DNA of 64,000 nucleotides from Octopus vulgaris (lineage: Eukaryota), in the NCBI GenBank assembly GCA_951406725.2, contig OX597822.1:80166001-80230000 (forward strand), written 5' to 3'. The position numbers were made by a program, and so were the translations under genes. This document shows positions 13,752 through 28,438 of the stretch, piece by piece. Position 1 is the stretch's first letter. Each line of letters opens with the position of its first letter. The notes under the pieces were generated by a model. The model saw only the letters and a list, made by a program, of their open reading frames with translations, was not told where the DNA came from and did no database searches.

Positions 13752-13781
13752 CTGTGTGTGTGTGTGTGTGTGTGTGTAAAT

Positions 13782-13966
13782 GATAGATCACTAGCCACTA
13801 CACATTCTTTATTTTCTCTCCTTGTTTCTTTCTGTGTTCCTTTCTGTGGAAGAGCGTAGGCTCGAAACGTTAAAGACTTTTTCACTTCCCGAGAGTTATA
13901 CTAATACATCTGTTTGTTGTCTACACCACCTGTCTTCGTCTTTTGTTTTTCTTTGTGAATTCTCCG
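13782..13966 (+). mobile_element. Short repeat carrying a variant minimal hammerhead motif
   Basis: CTTT-CTGTGGA-A-GAGC(GTAG)GCTC-GAAACGTT-AAAG; second copy at 47383-47562 on the minus strand; 3' end abuts (TA)n. Confidence 0.6.
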
Positions 13967-14860
13967 TATATATATATATATATTCTTTCATTCTTTCATT
14001 CTTGTATTTGTCTCTGTCATTTGACTGCGGCCATACTGGACCACCGCCTTTAGTCGAAGAAATGGACCCAAGGACTTTTTCTTTGTATGCCTAGTACTTA
14101 ATCTATCGGTATCTTATGCCGAACCGCTAAGTTACGGGGACGTTAACACACCAACATCGGTTGTAAAGCGATGGTGGGGAGACAAACACAGACACACATA
14201 CACATATCTATATACAGTTTCCGTCTACGAAATCCACTCACAGGTCTTTGGTTGGCCTGAGGCTATAGTAGAAGACACTTGCTCGAGTTGCTCCGCAGTG
14301 GGACTGAACCCAGAACCATGTGGTTGGTAAGCAAGCTACTTACCACACAACCACACGATGTGCTTCTTTAAGTTTCCGTCTTCCAAATCGACTCAAAATG
14401 ATTCGGTCGACTGGAGGCGATTGCAAAAGACATTCGCTCGAGTGCCACACAGTGGGAGTGAACCCAGAGCAAAATGGTTGAAAATCATGATGAATTTCAA
14501 CCTCACCGCTCTGAATCTTGGACAAAGTATCTTGCATTAAAGAAGCACATCGAGTTATTGCAAATCTTGGGCGTGGAGTTGAGTGAGCAGAAAACATAGA
14601 AATCCATTCTTCATACACGTGTGTTACGCTGACTCTGTCTCATGATTACATTACGGGTACACGTGTCTTTGAAATAATCAGCCACTTATATTTAGAAACA
14701 AGGAATAGGCTGTGTCGTTGAACGAATAGCGAGAATATTCAGTGAGAAAAAACCCAGCTTATCCCCAACGCACGCGTTCAAAATTTAACAATAAATGGCA
14801 ACAATAACAATATATAATAATAACAATTTCTAACCAAATTCTCGCAGACAAATTAACCGC

Positions 14861-15640
14861 AGCGTGCTAACGTTTCTTATTTCTTTATTGCCCACAAGGG
14901 GCTGAACATAGAGGAGACAAACAAGGACAGACAAACAGATTAAGACGATTACATCGACCCCAGTGCGTAACTGGTACTTAATTTATTGACCCCGAAAGGA
15001 TGAAATGCAAAGTCGACCTCGGCGGAATTTGAACTCAGAACGTTCAGACAAACGAAATACCTATTTCTTTACTACTCACAAGGGGCTAAACACAGAGAGG
15101 AAAAATAAGGACAGACAAAAGGATGAAGTCAATTACATCGACACCAGTGCGTAACTGGTACTTAATTTATCGACCCCGAAAGGATGAAAGGCAAAGTTGA
15201 CCTCAGCAGAATTTGAACTCAGAACCTAACGGCAGACGACATACCGCTAAGCATTTCGCCCGGCGTGCTAACGTTTCTGCCTGCTCGTTGCCTCATATAA
15301 TACAATTCAGTCTGTCACTTTATTTGATAAAAAAAAATAAAAATAAAAAAATAAGAAAAAGAGCTCATTTCAATTTCTAACCCCCAAAGAACCGTAGAAT
15401 TTAAATGATGTTTAAAAATGTTTAATGTCATTTTTTTTATATTGGTTCAAATTTTGGTACAAGACAAGAAACTTTTCAGATGGATGGTAAGTCGATTACA
15501 TCGATCCCCAGTATTGAACTGGTACTTATTTTAACGTTCACGAAAGGATGAAAGACAAAGTCAACTTCCGGCGGAATTTGAAGTTAGAACGTAAACACGG
15601 ACGAAATGCTGCTAAGCGTTTTGTCCGGTGTTGCTAACGC
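14861..15640 (-). mobile_element. SINE-C head-to-tail multimer plus another copy
   Basis: CTGGTACTTAATTTAT.GACCCCGAAAGGATGAAA-type cores at ~14970, 15155 and 15520. Confidence 0.85.
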
Positions 15641-16055
15641 CTTAAAATATCGTTATTAATACTATAAATGAAAACAATTCTTTAACGTGCTTCGCTCACT
15701 GGAGTGCGGCCATGCTGGGGCACCGCCTTGAATGATTTAGTCGAAGAAATCGACCCTAAAACCAATTTTTCAAAGTGTGGTATTCATTTGCATCGATCAC
15801 TTTTCGACCAACCGCTAGGTCACGGGGACGTAAACAAACCAAATGGAAAACAAAAAATGAATAAAAGATAAACATATTCGGCATAGATGGTTGTGTTGCG
15901 AACATATGACTTCACGCTCGGTCTCAATGCGTGGTACCTTGGGGAAATGTCTTCGACTATAGCGTCGGGCCGACCTATGTGCTATGAGTGAATTTAGTAG
16001 ACGGAAATTGTGCCGAAGCCCGTTGTGTCTACATACATATGAGCACACACATGTA

Positions 16056-16299
16056 TTGAGTTGGTGCATAATTATTGCGGGTTTTTTTCCAACAAATCTT
16101 ATTCAACAAAAACAATAACATAACAAAAACATATTTAAATAATTAATCCGAAACATATTCGCCATCTACTTCAATTACTGCTTCCCATTTGCTTGGCAGA
16201 CGGTCAGACCGTCATTTAAAGATGTTTTTGTTAAATATTGTTTTTAATGAATAAAATTTGTTGAAAAAAAAAAGCCGCAATAATTATGCACCAACCCAA
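16056..16299 (-). mobile_element. Mariner-derived MITE with ~85-bp TIRs and TA TSD
   Basis: TA-TTGAGTTGGTGCATAATTATTGCGG ... CCGCAATAATTATGCACCAACCCAA-TA; the centre encodes LPSKWEAVIEVDGEYVSD* on the minus strand. Confidence 0.9.
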
Positions 16300-17104
16300 T
16301 ACGTATACATTTATGTGTATGCGTCTGTGCGTGTGTCTGTGTGTATGTCTAGGTGTGTGTCTGTGTTTGTAACGTCAGCCGCTTAACAAACGCTTGTTGA
16401 TTTGTCCATGTCTCCAAAGCATAGCGTTTCGCCTGAAAGAGATCGAACGAATATGTACTAGACTTTAAAAAAATTAAGCAACAAAGTCAATTTATTTGAC
16501 TAAAAAGTCTTTTATGGCGATGTCCTAGTCCAATGATTAAAGCAAATGAATGATAAAAGATTTTTTTATATACTGGATAGAAATAATGTTGTTTGTGCAT
16601 AATGCAAAATTTGTATTGAAGTATTATTTGGTATGTGAAATATAAATACAGTAGACTCAGTAATTTTGAATAGAAAAATATCAACGTCTTACTCGTTAAA
16701 TCATTCACCCGTCAACAGGCGTATAAGGTATGTAAAATATACTCTTACTCTCGTGAAAAATTGCTTTCGTAGCTGAAAGGAAAAAGTATAAACTTCTAAA
16801 CAAATGCATAAGCTTGTAATATTCTAAAAAAATTGGACAACGCCTTATTTACACAATGAAAATACCCCACAGAATACTCATACAAAGTGTTCGGCAATTA
16901 AAGCAGGTTTTCCTTTGATGGTTAATCATACATGAACTTATATCTGAAAAAAAGTCACTCATGTGTCGCGTGCATGCGTCACTTCCGAAATTTTGAATTT
17001 GTCCCATTTGGAATCGAATATTCCCTGTCTCTTGATAACTGTTCTAAAGTATTATTCGACTTTAGAACAATTATTATTATTATCATAATATAAGTATTAT
17101 TGGA

Positions 17105-17990
17105 CTTATATCAGAGAATTTGTGTGGTACGTTGCTAACGAGCCAAACAAGGATGTTTATGAACAGGTCAAACAGTTTCTTAAAAAGCTTCTGTCCACCA
17201 TATTTGTAGATTTCAGGAGAGATAGCATCACTGCCAGGTGCTTTCCCAGAAGAGATCTGTTTAATAAAGTTTGCAACTTTCAGAAAGATTGGCTCCAGAG
17301 ACAGTTCAGCTGTTACATGTTCTGTCGAACAGACGTTATGACGACATCATTAGTAGCTGAGGTGGAGTTCAACACGGCTTCAAAGTGATCTTTCCATCGT
17401 TTCAAGATGTCAGATGAAACATTAGGAGTAACACCGTGCTCTTGAGGACCATACACTTTCTTGGGGCCATCATAAAATGCTTTAGAATCCTTTCTGTCTA
17501 CAACTTCTTGGAGTTCAGTAGCCTTGAAAGACCACCAAGCCTCCTTCATCAGTCTCAGATCATGCTGGACCTGGCTTCTGCATTTCTTGTAGGCGTTCGC
17601 TTTTCTAGATGATCTCTTATCATTTTATCCAAGTTCTGAGAGAGCTGTGCATTTTATCTATCAACTGTTGGACATCTGTGTTGTTATCGTTGAACCAATC
17701 TTGATGTTTACGAACAGGAAGACCAAGAACCGCTGCAGATGCAGAGTGCGTTGCATCACGCAGAGCCTTCCAAGATGATTTTATGTCACCATTGATATGA
17801 ACAGTGCTGAGTGCAGTGTTCAAATTTGATAGAGTGCTGAAAATGACTTCTCTGCGCCGTAGATTGTCGACTACTGGTGATGTTGGCATTGAATACAAAG
17901 AAGTTTAACTTATCTTTGCATCAGATCCTCAGAGCTGTGAGAAATGATGCTCTGTAAACAGCAGAATGGGCTGTCTTGATCCTAAACTTA
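17105..17990 (-). mobile_element. RTE-clade LINE internal fragment (decayed)
   Basis: WKALRDA..RKHQDWF, KAFYDGPKKVYGP, then GKAPGSDAISPEIYKYGG. Confidence 0.8.
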
Positions 17991-18913
17991 TCAACCTGTC
18001 ACTGGTGTTGCCGCTTCTGCTTTGATTACGTCTGTCTCTTTTCTTTTCTTTTTGCTTTCCCTATTTTTAATGCAGAAAAAAGTCATTAAATCGTCTTCAC
18101 CATCATTTGTATCAACTGAACCTAGTGTCCAGCAGCCACAATCTCTCTACTGCTTCAATGAGATATTATCAGGGAGAAAATTGTGGTCAACAAAGGATTT
18201 GGATGTTCACACTATACCACCCGACCACATGCTCTTGCGAACCCCCTCCTCACTTTCCACAAATGTAATAACAAGTTACAAGTTGACGATGATACTAAAA
18301 ATTCTGCTAATGATTTCTTAATCTTTACATATATCGTAGGCCCAACCTGTGGGCAGGCGTGTTTACACCAACTCTGCAAGTATTCTCTTCTGATGCTTAA
18401 AGTCCCGAGTATGGAGCACATATCGTGTTGCATATCGATCAGGGCTTCTTCTGACTTCACTTTACACAAACTCAAATAGAAACACACACAGCTTTTCAAA
18501 AACAGAACCTTGTAATCTTGTTGATATCAAGGAAATCGTTGTAAAATATTAGTATCTTTTAGATGGTGACGCTCATGTTTTTGTTACAGTCTTTCAAATT
18601 AGTATTTTGGCTTCTTAGATTGTGACTCTGTGACTAAAATAGTGCTTTTTCTTTGTCATTATTTCTGATTGTTTCTAAATATTTTAAAAATCTCGTTAGT
18701 CGTATACGCAGTTATCACATTTATGATTATCCCTTCTTCCCGTCCAGCCACAGTTGGTTGTAATGAAACACTAATAAATGATGTAAAAGAAAAAATTGCA
18801 ACGATTCTGCCATTTCGCCGCCTTATAAATAACAATATTAAGAATGATAAACTCATGTAATTTTTGTGATACAGAAATAATTTTATAGAAGTTACATAAC
18901 TGGAATACTACAG

Positions 18914-18956
<43 letters not shown>

Positions 18957-19507
18957 CTGATGCAGTACCAGGCAGTGGCTCTCATGGCTTCTGATCTTAA
19001 CTGATTGGAAGTGTTATCATGTACATTGTTTTGTCTTGGTATAAAAGATGGGCTACAGCAAATATTCTGCTCAATACCACAGATTTGCTTGTCAGTTGTT
19101 TGACCATAACCAGTTGAGCATGTCCCTTAGTGGCTGACGATATGTGCATCTCTGATCACGAGCAGAAGTAGTGGGGGAGCATCATAGCCATGTGTTGAGA
19201 GGGATTCTTTGGGGTTTGAATAATTCACCTCTGGAAACATGGGAGGTTATTTCAACATCCTTAAACAACCCTTATTCAGGAACCTTTTGAGCGGGATGGG
19301 CTATTCAACCTGAAGAAAATTCTAACTGGATCCCACCTGCAAGGTCATGTGCTGTTTATCTTGATATGAGATCACCATGTCACGCACATATGGTTGTGAT
19401 GCATGTGCCTGGTGTACCCTTATCAGACGGGTAGTCATGATGGGTATATTGGGCTTCGTATATTTTACCCTAGTGTCACTTTGATGGCATGAACTGCTCT
19501 CTCACTC
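18957..19507 (+). mobile_element. Family D repeat in (TAA)n
   Basis: Long (TAA)n on both sides; ends CTCTCTCACTC-AATAATAA. Confidence 0.9.
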
Positions 19508-19552
<45 letters not shown>

Positions 19553-19556
<4 letters not shown>

Positions 19557-20138
19557 CCACTAAAAGCACTCAGAGAGCTTGAACTTCCGCTAAGGCAACA
19601 CCAACGTCCTCTCAACGACTAGCCGGGAATGATTTTTAAAATGAGAATATCTGAAATAAATGCGACTGCTATCACAAACGAGAATACTAAAATAAACTCG
19701 ACAGCTCTCAAAAATTAAGTAAAAGGACCGGAAAAATAATCCAGAATAATTGTCCGGTACCTGATCGATCCCAATGGTAGTCATGGAATGTGAAGGTGGT
19801 TGTAGAAAATTTAGTAATAAATGGTTTATCCTTATCTAATACAAGCCAAAGTTAACAAATTCCTCATTCAAAATAGTTACAGCCTAAAAGGAGATAGATG
19901 AGAAGGACTTGAAAGTTAAAGTACGATCCTAATCATGTAAAGTAAATATAACAAATAATCCAGAATCCTTGTCCGATACCTGATCGATCCCAAAATCTAA
20001 TCAGTTCGTGCTGGTTATGAGGCCAAACATTCCTGAAAGTTTCATCCCAATCCATTCAGCAGTTCTTGAGATATCTTGTACATGGGCAACAAACACGACT
20101 GAAAAATTTACCTCCGCTTTCGCTAAGGCGGAGGTAAT
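19553..20138 (+). mobile_element. Helentron-like non-autonomous element
   Basis: 5' AAAGCACTCAGAGAGC..CTTCCGCTAAGGC; 3' hairpin ACCTCCGCTT..AAGGCGGAGGT; internal duplicated segment at ~19735 and ~19955. Confidence 0.6.
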
Positions 20139-21153
20139 AAAAGAAAGAGAAACGAAACGGAAAAAAACAAAAACAATTTTGAACGGCATCACAAGACAAG
20201 CATGTTATAAAGCAGTTGAATTAACAAGGTTAAATTATACATAAACCAATAACACGAAATAGAAAAATAACGCTAAAAAATAAAACAGAGATGTCTAAAA
20301 ATACCCCCGAAGTCATATACATAACCAGCAGGCACACAACCCTTGTATGTCCTCAAAACTAAGCTATAGCTTCTACAAATAAAAGGTTATAAATGATAAA
20401 ATAAATATATGAATAAGTAAAAAAAATAACGCCAAATCCTAGCATTTATGGACATGTTGAACTGGTGAGGACATGAATGGCCAATACATATTTTCTCTGC
20501 CCCTCCCCTCTCTTAATCCTTCTGTCTATCTTTTTCCCTTTGCTTTCTTTTTCTCCTTCCATTCCATCCGTCTCTCTCTCTCTCTCTCTCTCTCTCTGAT
20601 TTTATTGATATTCATACAAAATGGCTGCACCTGATACCTTCATAGCTTCCACACCATCATAGCTGATACCTTCATAGCTTCGTTCCTCCATACGTCTTTC
20701 TCTTCCATTATCTTCGTTTTACCCCAAACCTCTCTCTCTCTCTCTCTCTCATGTATATACGTACACACACACACACACACGCACACACACACGTACACAC
20801 GTCGTCACACTATTCCAAACACACGTGTAAGCTAACAGAAACCTACGTGCAAAAACATTGCTGCAAACGGTGTGACTTGTAATATGTTTATATTGACATA
20901 TTCACTTGTCTGTGTGAACAGAACCGTAAACATTTACATGGACTCAACAGCTATCAATGTATGTATGTATGTATGTATGTATGTATGTATGTATGTATGT
21001 ATGTATGTATGTATGTATGTATGTATGTATGTATGTATGTATGTATGTATGTACGTATGTATGTACGTACGTATGTACGTACGTACGTACGTATGTATGT
21101 ATGTATGTATGTATGTATGTACGTATGTATGTATGCATCTCTCTCTCTGTCTG

Positions 21154-21201
<48 letters not shown>

Positions 21202-21234
21202 CCTCTCTCTCTATCTATTTATCTACCTATATAC

Positions 21235-21268
<34 letters not shown>

Positions 21269-21434
21269 ATCTCTCTCTCTATCTATCTATCTGTCTATCT
21301 ATCTATCTATCTAGATACTTATGAACTGAACAATCTGTCTAAGCTTTTCACACATGCTCTCCCTTCATTTCTAATTTGCTATCCACTCTCCCTCCCTCTC
21401 TTTTCCCCTTCTTTCGCTCCTTCTCTCTTCCCCT

Positions 21435-21466
<32 letters not shown>

Positions 21467-22193
21467 CTTCTCTCTCTTTATCCCAATTTTTCTCTCACAA
21501 CAAGCACTGCGCCGCCTCTCAGTCTGTGTATCTGTACCAACACATTAGGTGACAGAACTAGTTCTACATAGCACAAACTAAACATAACCTTTTTTTGTTA
21601 GTGGAACCTTCCAACAACCTCCATCTTGAAGGCGATTTATCATCAAGAAGAACTGCCAAGGACTTCTAAACAAAGCAACACCATGTAAAAAGTTAGTTTT
21701 AGCGGCGACACAAACTGAACCCTAATGCTTACACAGCTGTCCGTGTTGTTTCTTTAACCGTATGAGTGTGCGCGTGCATGTGTGGGTGTGAGTGATTGTG
21801 TGTGTGTGTGTGTGAGGGAATTTGCGTGTGAATAAGCATGCACACATAGCTGTGTGTACAGATTATATGCGTCAATTTGAACGCGTGATCTTTTTCCATG
21901 TATGTACATTCACATGCCTGTGTATGTATGTGTTTGTAGATATATATCTTTATACATAAAAGTATACATATATATACATATACGTATACATGTATGTACA
22001 TATGTATGTATATATATATATATATATGTGTGTGTATGTGTGTGCATGTATGCATGTACGTATACACACATATAAACGATTCAAATCGTATGTGCATACA
22101 TACATTACTTTCCACGTATGTATCCACCTGCATGCCAACCTACTTAACTATTTACACGTACATACATACATACACATACATGTATATATACAG

Positions 22194-22262
<69 letters not shown>

Positions 22263-22268
22263 TGTATA

Positions 22269-22319
<51 letters not shown>

Positions 22320-23344
22320 CCGCACATACACGTAAGTACAATATGTCACGCTACTGTGAAATGCAATTAAGCGAATGAATGTACTTAATATTATCAGGTA
22401 AAAATTCTTGAATGTCTAGAGTTTATACATATACATTATGCATACATAAATACATATATATTTATGTAGATAAAAGTGCATACACACACACAAACACACA
22501 CATGCACTCACACATTTGTGTGTCAGTGTATGTATACTTATGTGTATATGTACATGGAGGTTATTTTACAGTCCTTAGGCATTCTGGGCAATTATCTCAC
22601 TGTTATGTTGTATATAATCAGGAATGTGTGATATCCATTAGCTCTCCAGAAATATCCAACCCCTTTTTTTGCTTTTGATTTTCATAAAATAATAGGTTTT
22701 GTTCTTTACATTGGAATTTACGTAATATCTGGGTTTCAAAATATAATTTTGACCTTTACACCACAAACATACACACACACGCGCAATTATACATGCACAC
22801 ACAGGTACAATCACGCACGCGCATACACACACGCGCGCACACACACTCATACACAAAGGCCTTTGTTCGTGTCATGGTTCTATCAAAAATTATTTAAAAA
22901 CTATGATTCATTATTTTCACAACGTTCTTAGAATGAAGACGGTTGATCCCAGACGAAACCATTAGTTGCAATATATTCGATGGTTAACCCAGCACTTGAA
23001 TAAAGTTTAGCGCGTAGGTACACACACACATGCACATGCACACACACAATCACACACACAAACGCACGCTCAGGCAAGAGCCTATTCAGACATACACATG
23101 CACACACTTCACTTGCACATACGAATGTATTTAAGATTTTTATAACTATATATTAATGAATTACATCAAGACACAATGACCACACAAGAAAACTATATCA
23201 CAAGAAACGATATTCTGATGCCCATAAAAGTCATTAAAACAAAACAAGACAATAATAATTGAAGTCGATTGCATAGACCTCGCTCATTTCTATCAAAATC
23301 GATCCCACTTTCTATAATTTCTACGCAAAATCAACGCGTACTAT

Positions 23345-24935
23345 GAGCTAAGAAAGAAAAGACCATTTCTCAACCACCTTCTCTTAATGGATGGTTTAAA
23401 CCTGTTCGCAAAAACATAGCCTGAAGTGGAGAGGCTGGTTGAGACCGTGCAGAGGTGCAGCAAGGATATAGGTATGAAATTCGGTATTACGAATTGAGCA
23501 ATACGCACTTAGAAACGGGGTAAAAGAGCAGAGTATATGTAGGGCCATAGAATTGACAAACGGAGAGAGAATGGAAGACCCGGATGATGATGGGTAGAAA
23601 TACCTTGGGATCCTGAAGCTGGACAATATTTTGCACAGAGAAATGAAAGATAAGTTCATCACTGCATATTTGAATCGCCTCAAACTTCTCTTGAAATCAA
23701 AGTTCAACTCCAGGAACCTTGTGACTACCATCAACATATGGGCTCTTTCTGTTGTTCGCTATAGTGCACCTATACTGAAATGGACTCCTGCGGAGATTAA
23801 CCAACTTGATCACTCTACCCGAAAGACAATGACAACACATGGTGCCCTCCATCCTAAGACGAACCTACATAAGCTCTACGTGAAGAGGTGTAAAGGTGGA
23901 CGTGGGCGGATTAGCATACAGGAGTGCATCAACAGGGAAAGAAGGAACATGGCAGAATATTTGGTAAAGAGCAAGCAAGACCTGCTACAGTATGCTACTA
24001 ATGCAGTAGGATTGACCAAAAATGGACTTGAAAGTGTTAAATAATTCCGATCACCGACAGCCAACGAGAGAGCAGAAATCCTACACCACATGGAATTGCG
24101 TGGTCAATTCCACCGTGAAACTAACAACTTAAAAGACCAGGAAGCCTCATGGTGGCTGCTCAGCAAGGGTGACCTAAAAAGGAATGCTGAGTATTTAATC
24201 ATCGCTGCGGAAGAGAATCGAAAGCGTGGCTCATATCGTTTGTGTTTGTGAAAGTCTTTGGAAGAAAGACTACAAGCGCTGACTCGACAAAGTAGCCCAA
24301 AACCTTCCCTGGCTGCTATGCCGGAAGTATGAACATGAGGTTACGGGTGCTTAGCACCAACATAAACTGGAGAAGGTAATGGACAAAAAAGGGAAGGCAA
24401 AAACCCACTGAGACTTTGACTTCCAGTCAGACAATTTGTTAAAGCACCGAAGGCCGGGCATAGTAATATTTAGGAAGAACAGGCAAGAGTGCTTAAAAAT
24501 CGACCGGTGGCGGGCGTCGGGTCACGACGGTGGTAGTGGAGTGATGGTGCAAGGAGATCAACAAGTTATAAAAGAAAGAGAAAAGGTTGATAAATATGAT
24601 GATCTGAGAATTGACATTGCTAAGATGAGGTAGCTAGGAGAGTCGAATATAGAGGTTGTCCCTGTTATCATCGGATCATTGGGTTCAATACCATCCAAGC
24701 TAAAGAAGCATCTGGAAACTTTAGAAATGCCCTACAATCTAGGTGTATTGCAAAACCCGGCATTACTTGGAACTGTATGCATATTGGGTAAAGTTCTCTC
24801 TGTCTGTGGTCCTTGCTGTAACTTGACACACAGTACAAACCCCCGGTAGACACAGTATCTTCAATCAACAACCTCACGATATTGAATACTGTGCAATGTC
24901 TTAAACAACAACAACAACAACAACAACAATAATAA
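23345..24935 (+). mobile_element. R4/Dong-clade non-LTR 3' half (RT end, thumb, RLE), decayed
   Basis: DIGMKFG, KYLGIL, ALHPK..LYVKRCKGGRG, KHRRPGIV, KVDKYDDL, PVIIGSLG; (CAA/TAA)n tail. Confidence 0.88.
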
Positions 24936-25631
24936 TATAATTGAGGTGTCAACGAGGAAAACTCGTGATGAAATACCTATGTAATCACTCGATCTGGTAG
25001 AAATAGCAACCAAGTGTCCCTTAAGTCATATCCTGCAATCTTAAAAAAAGTAAATGGCATTTGATTAGGCAACACTTGAAATATCATGGGAAATGCAATG
25101 AAGTTTTTGTCACTGGCTACCCAGATTTTTACCTATTTGGCCTAAAAAGCAGTAGCGCGATAAATACAAAACTACTTTATTTTCATGTCAGCGTAACACA
25201 ACAGATTTATACGGAAAACTTATAACTGATTATGTGACCCCCGGTTGCATTCTGAGTTGCCCTCTATAAAGTTGAATACGATGAAAGTATATTGAATATG
25301 GTATTACAGAATTACAAGACGTTCTTGACTTAACATGACGTATCTTGGCTTTTCTTAATCTACCGCCTTAATCACTCAAGATATTGAAAATGAAAGACAC
25401 AAGTGGGGAGTGGAGAACGTTGTGTGTCGCCTTCAATTACTCAAACATTAATATTGGAGCCGTATCAATGCACTGGGACACGCTCGATTGAATCCATTTC
25501 AGTATCATATTGATACTTCTTTGTCGATTGTCGATGAATGTTATGCAATGTCAAATCTAGCAAGATCTTCGCTTGATCCTGTCCAGAATCTATATTCTGA
25601 TAATCTAGTGAAATATTTCTCTGCTTTTCTC

Positions 25632-25715
<84 letters not shown>

Positions 25716-25801
25716 TATATATATACATGTATGTATGTATATGCTGAGACAGAGACACACAGAGATAGAGAGAGAAGAGATCTGTCTATCAAGAGAGAGA
25801 G

Positions 25802-25852
<51 letters not shown>

Positions 25853-26007
25853 GAAGAGGTCTGCCTATCTATGAAGATCTAGTATGGACTTTCTTTTTCC
25901 TCTTCACTGCTTCATTATATTTAGACACACATCTGTATAACAAATTTATAAATGCTTTGATGCCACCAACGATCACCTCTTCACATACTGTTCTCTTTTA
26001 AGTCCTC

Positions 26008-26044
<37 letters not shown>

Positions 26045-26056
26045 ATATATGTATGT

Positions 26057-26091
<35 letters not shown>

Positions 26092-26632
26092 TGTGTGTCT
26101 GTGTGTGTGTGTGTGTGAGTGTATTATTAATCAGTTACAAGATCCATTACAATCTAGGTATCTTATAATTCAGGACGCTGGGAAAGAGATGAGTTCCACA
26201 TGTACGTAGACGTTTCAAATACATACAGCACAATATACGCGTATATATATGAACACACACACATCCACATACATATGTATATATATATATATATATACAC
26301 ACACACATACACTCACTTGGTTTTACGATCAAATGCAAATCATAGATCCAACATAGGGATGATTCCAGACATAGCGTTGGTATAAGAACACAAATGGATT
26401 TTAAAGGTTTCCAACAGCTGTTTCAGAAACATTAATTGGTTTACTGATGAATAGATCAAAGGGAATTTTTTCATGACGTGATCGACATAAGCAATCTATT
26501 CATCTACGAAAAATGTTGCTGAAACATTTGAAATGTATTTGTGCCCTTATTTTATATACATATGTATGTCTATATGCGCTTGAGTGAGTGTGTCTGTAGG
26601 TGTGGATGTACGCTTTTATGCATAAGCACATG

Positions 26633-26691
<59 letters not shown>

Positions 26692-26798
26692 GTATCTATC
26701 TATCTATCTATCCATCTACCTATCTATCTTTCTGTCTGTCTATATATCTGTCTTTGTGACTCTCTCTCTATATAGATATTTGTATGTATGCATGCACG

Positions 26799-26840
<42 letters not shown>

Positions 26841-27903
26841 ACTGTTGATTGTTATATCTATTATTCTTTTCGATGTAATGTGTATTCCTTTCTTTTTTGT
26901 ATCTTTTATTTTTTATTTTTGATATTCTAAATAAATGAAGCTATATCCTTTAATTTGCAGCTTTTCGTTACACGAACTGAGAAGATACCATGCAGAACCA
27001 TCGTTATTTTACCGTCTTATATCTAATTATCACCCGAAGAGAAACATCTACACCAACGGACGCTCCTAAAGCTACTGTTAAATTTCCAAGCTGCGATAGA
27101 TCGATTCTAAGTGGGCGGAAACAACTGTTGTGATTAACATAATTCTCGCATCTTCTATCTTCCATCTCTGTCATTAACCAAATACACACATACACCCCCA
27201 CACACGCATGTACATACAACAGTCTTCTTTCAGCTTCCATCCACTAAATCCATTCATAAGGCTCTGGTTAGATCGAAGCTATGGTAAAAGGCAGTTGCCG
27301 AAGGTGCCAGGCTATGAAACCGAACTCAGAACTAAGTGGTCGAGAAGAAGTCTTCTTTATTTCATTTAATTTGCCACAAGGGCAGCACACAGATAGAAGC
27401 TTGCGGGCTGGACACAGACATTAATGGGATGAATGATAATGATACCACACAGCCACGCCTATGCAAATCTAAAAATAAAAATAAATCAAAGCAGGAAAGG
27501 CAACAACAATCAAAACGACGTTCACAGTGACACAGCGATTATATTGTATTGACACTTGGATAGATTTTAAGAATGCAAAAGATGTGGGGTTTGAACGTTT
27601 CAAACATGGCTCTTCGTAAAAAAAAACGAAAGCGGAAAAAGTCCAGAGTGAAGTAAGAGTATCGCCTGGGAGAAGCACGTATGTCGTTACATCGTGGAGA
27701 AAGCCACTGCCAAAGGAAAAAAGGAAAAAAGAAAGGAAGTTCTTCAATGTGGCATTATTATAGAACAGTATTAGTCATCAACACTCTGCCACTGACCATA
27801 AGGAGGCTAATTTCTTTACTGGATGTCAATGTTATTCACTGGGCCCACGAACCAACACTGGCCTAAGGCGGCTGACTTAAAAATAGACAACCTAGTTCTA
27901 AAA

Positions 27904-28171
27904 CAGTGGTTCCTAAAGTGGGAGGTATTTCCCCCTTGAGGTGGTGGAAAGCTCCAAGGTGGCGTTGAAGAAAAGTGGGGCAATAATAGGGTAGAGATTC
28001 ACGTAAAAACAGCAAAATAAAGAGTACATTAGGTTCAGTTTTATTTGTGAAGTGCAGTTGCTTTGACTTTGCTTCAGAAAGTCTATGATGGTCTATGTTT
28101 GTGATGGGGGCGCTAGGAATGTGACCTGGCTGTCAAGGGGGCGCCAGCCTGAAAAAGTTTGGGAACCACTG
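27904..28171. mobile_element. hAT-type MITE
   Basis: TIRs CAGTGGTTCC..AAA / TTTGGGAACCACTG with a perfect 8-bp TSD TTCTAAAA. Confidence 0.92.
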
Positions 28172-28246
28172 TTCTAAAATAATGCGAAATTGACCAAATT
28201 CCTTTTCTTCTTCTTTGGCAGCTGGTTAATTATATTATATTATATG

Positions 28247-28319
<73 letters not shown>

Positions 28320-28356
28320 ATATGTGTATCTCACTCTCTCTCCTCTCTCTCTCTCT

Positions 28357-28438
<82 letters not shown>

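Noticed and set aside
26410-26525. Long imperfect hairpin containing CTGATGA and GAAAC
   Set aside because: Core boxes are not in a valid hammerhead register; at most a decayed relic.
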